NCBI GenBank assembly: GCA_964477645.1
Contig: CAYZEP010000001.1
Coordinates: 1 to 51,643, forward strand
Source: an uncultured Candidatus Bathyarchaeia archaeon
GTDB taxonomy: Archaea > Thermoproteota > Bathyarchaeia > Bathyarchaeales > Bathycorpusculaceae
Direction: 5' to 3'
Length of the DNA: 51,643 bases
Shown one piece after another: positions 8,828-16,277 of this stretch. Both the position numbers and the translations under genes were made by a program. The notes under the pieces are model-generated. The model worked only from the letters and a program-made list of their open reading frames with translations, did not search any database and was not told the DNA's origin. Each line of letters begins with the position of its first letter. Position 1 is the stretch's first letter.

Positions 8828-9577
8828 TTGAGTGAAGAAGTTAAGATTGTTGAGAAGAAGGAGATCCCATCTGGCGTCGTCATGCTCTACGGTTTCCCAG
8901 ATGTTGGTTTGGTAGGCGTCATTGCAGCTTCGCATTTGATGTCAGAGCTTGAAAACATGGATGAGGTGGCATATATGGATTCAAAGTTGTTGCCACCGTT
9001 AATTGTCTTGCATGAAGGGTTGCCGCATTCGCCGATAAGAATTTTTGGAAACCAGGATGTGCTCTTAGCTGTTTCTGAAACAGCCATACCTGCAGATACG
9101 ATTTATCCAATAATGAATGCTTTGATTGATTGGGGAAAAAGCAAAAATGTTAAAATGATGGTTTCGCTGAGCGGCATCCCAATTCAAGAGAGACAGGATG
9201 CTCAAGAACTGAAAGTGTTTGCTGCCGCATCAAGTTCGGAGATGTTGAAAATGGTTAAAGAGAAGGGCACAGAAATATTGAATGAAGGATACATGGTTGG
9301 TCCCCAAGCGATCATGCTACAGCGTTGCGCAAGATTGGGGTTGCCAGCTCTAACACTACTCGCGCAGTGTTTCCTCAATTACCCAGATCCAGAAGCAGCA
9401 GCACAAGTATTAAAGGAATTGGCAAAAATAACGGGAATAAAAGTGGATACTTCGAAACTTTTAGAGAAGGGCGAGGAAATTCGTTTGAAGGCAAGGGATG
9501 TTATGAAGCGAACTCAGCAAGAGTTGACTAAGATGAAGAAGGGGCAGGAGTATGATATTCCATTGTACGTGTCTTAA
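8828..9577 (+). CDS. PAC2-family proteasome assembly chaperone-like protein
   Basis: 249 aa with a TTG start. VVMLYGFPDVGLVGVIAASHL and the later VSLSGIP segment match the PAC2 (ATP-grasp-like) family pattern. Confidence 0.65.
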   Translation: MSEEVKIVEKKEIPSGVVMLYGFPDVGLVGVIAASHLMSELENMDEVAYMDSKLLPPLIVLHEGLPHSPIRIFGNQDVLLAVSETAIPADTIYPIMNALIDWGKSKNVKMMVSLSGIPIQERQDAQELKVFAAASSSEMLKMVKEKGTEILNEGYMVGPQAIMLQRCARLGLPALTLLAQCFLNYPDPEAAAQVLKELAKITGIKVDTSKLLEKGEEIRLKARDVMKRTQQELTKMKKGQEYDIPLYVS

Positions 9578-9591
9578 GGAGGAAAACAAGA

Positions 9592-10035
9592 ATGCCCAAT
9601 AGAAGGAAAAGGTCAATTCTTGATATAATAAGCGAATATTTTGAAAACTTGGAGGAAATGGCTGAACAATTAGAAGAAAGACTCATTGAGAAACCAAGCT
9701 GGGACCTGAAAGCTTGCGCGTTTGAGCCGCTTCGTGACATAATGGTGACCCCTACAGAAGTCATAGTGACCGTTGATTTACCCTTAACTGAAGAGAACAC
9801 AATACAAGTTAAACCAGTAGAGAAGGATACACTTGAAATATCGGCAAGAATGAAGCGGAAGATACGGTTCGAGGACTTCGGTATAACACATCAAAAGGGC
9901 GAGTTTCAAACATTTCACTGCCACACGCGTATCCCAGTGCAAGTCCACATGGACAAAATGCATTTCCGATTTAAAAAGGGAATACTTGAAATTCACCTAC
10001 CACGCAAACATGAACATACAATTTCAATAGAATAG
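9592..10035 (+). CDS. Hsp20/alpha-crystallin-domain small heat-shock protein
   Basis: 147 aa. The core VTVDLPLTEENTIQVKPVEKDTLEISA....F..RIPV....KMHFRFKKGILEIHLPRK follows the alpha-crystallin-domain beta-sandwich pattern. It starts 15 nt after the PAC2-like gene. Confidence 0.6.
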   Translation: MPNRRKRSILDIISEYFENLEEMAEQLEERLIEKPSWDLKACAFEPLRDIMVTPTEVIVTVDLPLTEENTIQVKPVEKDTLEISARMKRKIRFEDFGITHQKGEFQTFHCHTRIPVQVHMDKMHFRFKKGILEIHLPRKHEHTISIE

Positions 10036-10193
10036 GCATCGAAGCCTCAGCCCCTTAAATGTCTTCACAAATCAGACGGCTCTTCTCGCATCATCGGCTT
10101 CAAATTTGTTATACAAGACAACAAAATAAACTTTGATGGAAAATCTTAACAATAAGTTACGCTAACTTCTAGAGCAAATTAGTTGGTGAAATA

Positions 10194-10397
10194 TTGACAG
10201 TGGAACGAGCAATTCATGTCACTATGTTTATTCTCATACTAGTAGGTTTATACGGTATAACTGCTTGGACTTGGACCAGCTACGCTCATATAGAAAATGA
10301 TTTATTGAAAGGTGCGAGCATCGCATTAAGTTGGGGAGTGATCCTCTTAATCCTTTACTTAGGCTTTAAGAAACTCGATTGGGACTGGTGGAGTTAG
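10194..10397 (+). CDS. small two-helix membrane protein (hypothetical)
   Basis: 67-aa ORF with a TTG start and two hydrophobic stretches. It overlaps the 3' end of the convergent GNAT gene by 32 nt. Support is weak. Confidence 0.25.
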   Translation: MTVERAIHVTMFILILVGLYGITAWTWTSYAHIENDLLKGASIALSWGVILLILYLGFKKLDWDWWS

Positions 10398-10914
10398 TCA
10401 GTATTACACCCATTACTAATTCATCGTGATATTTTCCGTCTTCCCCGAAGCAGGCGTCTTTCTTTAGTCCCTCAATTTTGAAGCCGAATTTTTGATAAAG
10501 ATGTATTGCTGGCTTGTTATCTGCTATAACGCTTAAGCCTATTCTGTGCAGTCCTTCCTTTTTCGCAAGCTCTATGAGTTTAGCAAGCATCGCTGTACCT
10601 AGTCCTACATTATGAAAGTCTTGATGAAGATAAATCGCAATGTCGCTAGTGCCTTTCCGTCGTGAATAAGGAAACTTGTACAAATGTGCGTCCCCAATTA
10701 TTTTGTCCTCATGAAAGGCGACAAGGGCTATTAGGTTCTGCAAGTTACTGAACCGCCGTTCAATGGTTTCTCTTGCGTAGGGAGGCATTCCCCAACGAAC
10801 AGTTTCATCCGAAAGAGACTCGTACATTTCGATGAGTTTCTCTTTATCTTCTATCCTAAGTTCCTTTATCAAAACGATTCTGCCATCTTTCAATTTGATG
10901 TTAAAAGCATCCAA
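10366..10914 (-). CDS. GNAT-family N-acetyltransferase
   Basis: 182 aa. Acetyl-CoA-binding motif HQDFHNVGLGTAMLAKLIELAKKEG (Q/RxxGxG/A) followed by YQKFGF. Confidence 0.75.
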   Translation of the reverse strand: MDAFNIKLKDGRIVLIKELRIEDKEKLIEMYESLSDETVRWGMPPYARETIERRFSNLQNLIALVAFHEDKIIGDAHLYKFPYSRRKGTSDIAIYLHQDFHNVGLGTAMLAKLIELAKKEGLHRIGLSVIADNKPAIHLYQKFGFKIEGLKKDACFGEDGKYHDELVMGVILTNSTSPNRVS

Positions 10915-10979
10915 AAAGGTACAACCTCAAAATATGGATAGGACACGCCAAGTGTTTCGTTTAAAATCATCCTTTCATT

Positions 10980-11372
10980 TTACTTTGCTCTGATAATTTT
11001 TACTTTACCTAGTATTCGCCAATATTCGATTTCAACACCGGCGACAAGCTTCGCTTTCAATTCCTCCTCTTCGGGAAAAGGAACATCCAGATACTCGTAC
11101 GTTTCCAAGTCCATTATTTGGACGGTGGAAGGTGTGACCGCGTAGATTTGACCCATTCTTTTATCGAGCATCGGTACTTCCGCATTTGCATCCACAGGTT
11201 TGACAATACTTCTTTTAACTCCGTCGAAAATGCCTATGGCCACTATTCTTGCTTTGGCTGCGCCGTGTTTTCCAGGTTTTGATTTCGTTATATCAACTAT
11301 ATGGCATGGTTCACCATCGACAATCATGTAGCCGCCGACACGTAAACTTCCAACATCAACTGGTTTACTCAT
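10980..11372 (-). CDS. eif5a: translation initiation factor 5A (aIF5A)
   Basis: 130 aa. Hypusination loop TKSKPGKHGAAKARIVAIGIFDG plus a C-terminal OB fold. Confidence 0.9.
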   Translation of the reverse strand: MSKPVDVGSLRVGGYMIVDGEPCHIVDITKSKPGKHGAAKARIVAIGIFDGVKRSIVKPVDANAEVPMLDKRMGQIYAVTPSTVQIMDLETYEYLDVPFPEEEELKAKLVAGVEIEYWRILGKVKIIRAK

Positions 11373-11466
11373 GCACGCACCAACTTACTACAGCCCTCAT
11401 CCACAGCAATTTTAAACAACATCCATATATAGATTAAGGTGTCGCTAATAGCTGAAAGGTGAAACC

Positions 11467-12315
11467 GTGTTCAAAAGTGTGGGCTTAGTTGCCCGTTTCG
11501 ACAAAAAGAACGCCATGAGACTTGCGGAAGATTTAGCCGAATACCTAGGGAAAAAAGGATTAGAGGTATATGTGGAAGACACGTTAGCGGAGAAAATGGG
11601 TACAAAAGAAAAAAGCATCTCATTGAGGAAAATGAAAACAGATTTCATAATCACAATCGGCGGAGACGGAACAATTTTAAGAACATGCGTTTCAATCCCA
11701 AAGCCAGAACCGCCAATACTCGCAATAAACATGGGTATTCGGGGTTTCCTGACCGAAGTGCAACCGAAACAAGCCTTAACTGCGATAGGCAAATGCTTGA
11801 AAGGACAATTTACCATCGAAAAATGCATGAAACTTTCGACAACCGTAGACAACATAAAGTTTCCAGAAGCCTTGAACGAAGTACTAATCTCAGCGGATGA
11901 ACCAGCAAAACTACTTTACGCTCAAACCTTAAAAGACAAAGAACCAATTCTAAACTGTCAAGCAGACGGGTTAATGATAGCCACACAAACTGGGTCCACT
12001 GGTTATTCACTCTCAGCCGGAGGACCTGTTTTAGACCCAAGCGTAGACGCCTTTGTTCTGACACCAGTATGTGCCTTAAGCGTTTTCCGTTCGATTGTTT
12101 TTCCAGCAGATTCAAACCTCACAATTAAGGTTGTCAGACCGAAAAAAATACTTGTAGTAATCGATGGCTATCACCGCCAACTCATAAGTTCTAAACTTCC
12201 AACCATAACCGTTACACGCTCCAAACACGAAACATCTTTCATAAGGTTTAAGGAAAACTTTTACCATCGTTTAAGAAGCAGAATTCTTTTCAAGGGACTT
12301 GGAGGAAAATTCTAA
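11467..12315 (+). CDS. nadK: NAD kinase
   Basis: 282 aa with a GTG start. GGDGTILR motif and TGSTGYSLSAGGP motif. Confidence 0.85.
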   Translation: MFKSVGLVARFDKKNAMRLAEDLAEYLGKKGLEVYVEDTLAEKMGTKEKSISLRKMKTDFIITIGGDGTILRTCVSIPKPEPPILAINMGIRGFLTEVQPKQALTAIGKCLKGQFTIEKCMKLSTTVDNIKFPEALNEVLISADEPAKLLYAQTLKDKEPILNCQADGLMIATQTGSTGYSLSAGGPVLDPSVDAFVLTPVCALSVFRSIVFPADSNLTIKVVRPKKILVVIDGYHRQLISSKLPTITVTRSKHETSFIRFKENFYHRLRSRILFKGLGGKF

Positions 12316-12416
12316 CGGTTAGGGTAAATGAGAGAGTAATAGTTTTAGACACCTCCGCCTTTGTAGCTGGTTTTGACCCATTTTCAATAAGCGAAGAACA
12401 ATATACTGTCCCGGTA

Positions 12417-12845
12417 GTGAGGGAGGAAATAAGAGAAAGCTCTATGGCTTGGGTTAGATTTAAAACGGCAGTAGAAAGTGGAAAGTTAAAAGTTAAAACG
12501 CCCCAAAGTAGTTTTGTAGATGAGGTAAAAGCCTCGGCAACCCTTGTTGGGGATGCATTTTTTCTCTCAGAAGCAGATATTCAAGTCCTGGCACTGGCTT
12601 TAGAACTCAAGACGTATGGTTGTTCTCCGTTGATTGCCACAGACGACTACTCCATACAAAATGTTGCAAATCAAATGGGTTTAGAATTTGCTTCACTAGC
12701 TACCTTCGGCATCCGCTTCCGTTTACAATGGATAAGATACTGCCCAGCATGCAACAGAAAATATCCAGCAAATTACAGGTCCAGAAGATGCGACGTCTGC
12801 GATACGGAGCTAAAAAGGAAGCCCATCGCCAAAAAAGCAACTTAA
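12417..12845 (+). CDS. nob1: Nob1-like endonuclease (PIN domain plus zinc ribbon); the real 5' end probably lies upstream of 12417
   Basis: C-terminal ribbon CPACN...CDVCD and PIN core ATDDYSIQNVANQMGL. The same frame stays open back to 12252 and encodes RVIVLDTSAFVAGFDP (12333-12380), the expected PIN N-terminus with the catalytic Asp. No ATG, GTG or TTG lies in that stretch. Confidence 0.7.
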   Translation: MREEIRESSMAWVRFKTAVESGKLKVKTPQSSFVDEVKASATLVGDAFFLSEADIQVLALALELKTYGCSPLIATDDYSIQNVANQMGLEFASLATFGIRFRLQWIRYCPACNRKYPANYRSRRCDVCDTELKRKPIAKKAT

Positions 12846-12917
12846 ACCGTAACAACCTTCATAAAATACAAAGCAAGAGTTAAACGTCATAAAGCAAAAT
12901 ATTGGTGTGGAAAACCC

Positions 12918-13493
12918 ATGAGTTCAATTGAAAGGGAAGGGATATATTTTAAGGAAGCAGGCTCGCAAAATACTGATGCTTTATTGAATCATGTCAAAAA
13001 ATATATGAAAAAAGAAGGTATAAAAGACATTGTAGTTGCTTCAACAACAGGTGAAACGGGAGCAAAAGCATCTAAAACCTTCAAAGGATACAATGTTGTT
13101 ATCATCACACACTGCCATGGTTTCCAAGAACCTGGAAAAAGCGAATTACTAGAGGAGCATAAAAGAGAGATTCTGGCAAATAGAGCGAAGATTTTCACAG
13201 GTGTCCACGCTTTAAGCAGTGCAGAACGGGCAATTCGCAAGAATTTCAGTACGATCCAGCCCTTAGAATTGATCGCTAATACTCTTAGACTTATGGGAGA
13301 AGGAACAAAAGTATGCGTAGAAATCACCTTGATGGCAGCAGACGCGGGTTTAATTCCAGTTGACAAAGATATTGTTTGCATCGCCGGGACAGGACAAGGC
13401 GCAGACACCGCGCTTCGGATAAAACCTGCAAACGCCGCAAGATTCTTCGATTTAAAAATAAGAGAAGTTATAGCAAAACCCCACGACTTCTAA
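12918..13493 (+). CDS. conserved archaeal protein resembling the pyruvate-kinase C-terminal alpha/beta domain family
   Basis: 191 aa. VVASTTGETGAKA and IAGTGQGADTA glycine-rich loops. Assigned from memory of a COG1751-like family; function unknown. Confidence 0.4.
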   Translation: MSSIEREGIYFKEAGSQNTDALLNHVKKYMKKEGIKDIVVASTTGETGAKASKTFKGYNVVIITHCHGFQEPGKSELLEEHKREILANRAKIFTGVHALSSAERAIRKNFSTIQPLELIANTLRLMGEGTKVCVEITLMAADAGLIPVDKDIVCIAGTGQGADTALRIKPANAARFFDLKIREVIAKPHDF

Positions 13494-13502
13494 GAAGAGT
13501 GG

Positions 13503-14354
13503 ATGTATAAGATAATGAAAGTTGATGACAAACAAGTCGAAGAATTAGTTAAGAAATGGTTCACAAAAACGTCTCGCCACGAATGGCGACGCTTACAGCG
13601 AGACCCATATCACCAAATCGAGTTTATTGTCACCATGCACTTCCTTGAAAAGTATCTACCGAAACACGGCTTAGTTTTGGATGCTGGAGGAGGACCAGGC
13701 AGATATGCAATTGAATTGGCAAAGCGAGGTCACGACGTTATCTTATTAGACCTTGTTCCAGAAATGCTGAAACTCGCGAGAAGGAAAATTAAGAAGGCGG
13801 AGGTTCTGGGAAAAGTCAAGCAGCTTGTGCAAGGTTCCATTGAAGATTTATCCATGTTTGCCGACGAAAAATTTGACGCTGTGTTATGTTTAGGAGCACC
13901 CCTAGGTCATTTGTTAAATGTTAAACAAAGGGAAAAAGCTGCTTCAGAGCTTACACGCGTTGCGAAAAGAGACGCCCCAATTTTTGTCTCAGTCATCAGC
14001 CGCATCGGATTACTAAGAACAATATTCATTAGATTCCCACATGAAATGCAATATGCAAAACACCACTGGGAAGTTGGCGACTACATTCCAGGTCTACAAG
14101 GAGAAGGCTTCACAGCAGCCCATTGGTTCTTGCCAGAGGAATTACGCGAACTTTTTGAGAGACAAGGCGTAGAGACATTGGAGATGGCGGGTCTGGAGGG
14201 ACTTTCTTCCCACCATGAAAAGGAAACAAACAGGCTTTTCAAGGATCAGGAAAAGTGGAAACAGTGGATTGAAATTCTGCTAAAAATTTGCACGCACCCT
14301 TCAGTTGTTGGAAGCACCGAACACTTTTTACTTGTCGGCAGAAAACATGGTTAA
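13503..14354 (+). CDS. class I SAM-dependent methyltransferase
   Basis: 283 aa. Motif I VLDAGGGPGRYAIELAKRG, then the acidic residue in VILLDL. Confidence 0.75.
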   Translation: MYKIMKVDDKQVEELVKKWFTKTSRHEWRRLQRDPYHQIEFIVTMHFLEKYLPKHGLVLDAGGGPGRYAIELAKRGHDVILLDLVPEMLKLARRKIKKAEVLGKVKQLVQGSIEDLSMFADEKFDAVLCLGAPLGHLLNVKQREKAASELTRVAKRDAPIFVSVISRIGLLRTIFIRFPHEMQYAKHHWEVGDYIPGLQGEGFTAAHWFLPEELRELFERQGVETLEMAGLEGLSSHHEKETNRLFKDQEKWKQWIEILLKICTHPSVVGSTEHFLLVGRKHG

Positions 14355-14388
14355 CACAGGCACGCACTTACAATACGAGGTTTAAACC

Positions 14389-15396
14389 ATGTCTTCAGAA
14401 AACGCCATAGAAGTCTCGAACTTAACAAAGTATTACGGTAAATTGCTGGCAGTTGATCATATCAATTTTGAGGTCAAGCGCAAAGAGCTATTTGGATTGC
14501 TCGGACCTAACGGCGCTGGAAAGACAACAACCATCCGTATGATTTGTGGTATGCTCAGACCTACGGGTGGATCAGTTGTTGTAGCTGGCTTTGATGTGTC
14601 TAAAAAACCAGAGGAGGCCAAACGAAGAATCGGTTTAGTCCCTGACATCTCAAATCTGTTCGGGGAATTAAGCGCTAGAGTAAACTTAGAGTTCATGGGA
14701 AAATTGTATGGTTTAGACAAAAAGACACGCCGAGAACGAATTGACCAAGTTCTTGAACTTTTCCAATTAAAGGACCGAGGAAACGACCTAATCAAGTACT
14801 ACAGTAAGGGCATGCATCGGCGTTTAACCATAGCGGCAGCCCTCATCCACCAGCCCGAAATCCTAGTTATGGACGAACCAACCAGTGGCTTAGACGCCCA
14901 AACAGCAAGGTTAGTTAGAGAAATTATCATTAACCTCAACAGGGAAGGCAGAACCGTGCTCTTAACCACCCATCAGATAGACGAAGCAGACCGACTCTGT
15001 CAACGTGTGGGCATAATTGACCACGGTCGCGTAATCGCATTAAACACGCCAGCAGAACTAAAAGACAGCACAGAGGGCACACGCGCCCTAGAAATCAAAG
15101 TCCTAAACGGTGTAGATCAGCAACGATGGCTCCCCATCCTCAGTGGGGCTGAAGGTGTGGACCAAGTCTTCTTGGCAGAGGGAAAGGTAAGAGTATTGTC
15201 TAAGGATTTGCCCCAAGTAATTCCAACAATTGTGAATCTCATTAACAAACATGGTGGAAAAATTGAGAACATCTCAGTAGCGCAACCTACCTTAGAGGAC
15301 GCTTTTATAAATCTGACGGGTAGAAGCATTCGAGAGGAATCTATGTCGAAGGAAGATTATCTCAGGAGAAGATTATCTCGGAGTGGAATGAGATGA
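14389..15396 (+). CDS. ABC transporter ATP-binding protein (ABC-2 exporter type)
   Basis: Walker A GPNGAGKTT, signature YSKGMHRRL, Walker B ILVMDEPTSGLD, H-loop TTHQ. Confidence 0.9.
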   Translation: MSSENAIEVSNLTKYYGKLLAVDHINFEVKRKELFGLLGPNGAGKTTTIRMICGMLRPTGGSVVVAGFDVSKKPEEAKRRIGLVPDISNLFGELSARVNLEFMGKLYGLDKKTRRERIDQVLELFQLKDRGNDLIKYYSKGMHRRLTIAAALIHQPEILVMDEPTSGLDAQTARLVREIIINLNREGRTVLLTTHQIDEADRLCQRVGIIDHGRVIALNTPAELKDSTEGTRALEIKVLNGVDQQRWLPILSGAEGVDQVFLAEGKVRVLSKDLPQVIPTIVNLINKHGGKIENISVAQPTLEDAFINLTGRSIREESMSKEDYLRRRLSRSGMR

Positions 15397-16142
15397 AAAC
15401 ATTCAAACCTCTGATGCATTCTATCTACATCGCTGAAAACGACTTGCGGCAATCGTTCAAGTCAGTACGCCATGTGGTGTGGAGTCTTCTCTTCCCAATA
15501 TTCATGATGTTAACCTTTAGTTTTAGATATGGTGCTGTTGGACTAGACCCTGCGTTTATGAATTTTCTCATACCGGGCATTGTAGCCATGACTGCCATGT
15601 TCGGAAGCATCAATGAAACCATGAGTATAGTTTGGGACAAATCTTTAGGGGTGTTTGACCGTATTTTGGCAGCTCCAGTTTCATCTACTTCTATTATAGT
15701 TGGGAAGACTATGGCAGGTGCGGTCATGGGCGTTATAAGCGCTCTTGTTTTGCTCGTTATAGGCGAGTTGTTCTTCAGTGTTTCATTTATCAACATCGGT
15801 ATTGTTCTCATGATTATCGTGCTTGCAAGTTTTTCTTTCACAGGTATTGGAACAATAATATCTGGCTTAGCGTCTGAACCAAGGGAAGCTATGATGCTCT
15901 CGAATCTTCTTAGGTTTCCAATGATGTTCCTAGGCGGCGTTTTCTTTCCTATTGAGACGATGCCGATGCCGCTTCCTTACGTGGCTAGAGCTCTTCCGCT
16001 TACATACGCAACAGAAGCATTAAGGGCTGCTATGACCGGAAACATGAGTGTGGTTTTATTTGATGCACTTGTGCTTTTAGTTTATACAATAAGTACAATG
16101 GTAGTCGGTTCAAAGATATTGATGAGAGTCATGACGAGATGA
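15393..16142 (+). CDS. ABC-2 family transporter permease
   Basis: 249 aa with about 6 hydrophobic helices. A 4-nt overlap (ATGA) with the ATPase gene suggests translational coupling. The last 26 nt lie inside the left 68-bp direct repeat. Confidence 0.8.
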   Translation: MKTFKPLMHSIYIAENDLRQSFKSVRHVVWSLLFPIFMMLTFSFRYGAVGLDPAFMNFLIPGIVAMTAMFGSINETMSIVWDKSLGVFDRILAAPVSSTSIIVGKTMAGAVMGVISALVLLVIGELFFSVSFINIGIVLMIIVLASFSFTGIGTIISGLASEPREAMMLSNLLRFPMMFLGGVFFPIETMPMPLPYVARALPLTYATEALRAAMTGNMSVVLFDALVLLVYTISTMVVGSKILMRVMTR

Positions 16143-16184
16143 ACTTACTGTTATGCAGAGCATGGTTAGACGTTATTGCTTTCG
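16117..16184. repeat. left copy of a perfect 68-bp direct repeat (putative attL)
   Basis: tattgatgagagtcatgacgagatgaacttactgttatgcagagcatggttagacgttattgctttcg is identical at 16117-16184 and 19620-19687. Identity breaks at both ends (a/c before, t/c after). Confidence 0.9.
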
Positions 16185-16277
16185 TTTTATTCGTAAGGAA
16201 AGTTCCGTTGCATAAACTATTTTTCCGAAAACTATTAGAGTTTAATCTGAGAAATACACTATTGGAGGAAGGGGCTT

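Noticed and set aside
16119-16184. TGATGA and ATGACGA inside the direct repeat resemble the C and C' boxes of a C/D-box sRNA.
   Set aside because: No CTGA D or D' box lies at the required spacing, and there are no terminal complementary bases. The sequence is explained by the permease 3' end plus the att-like repeat.
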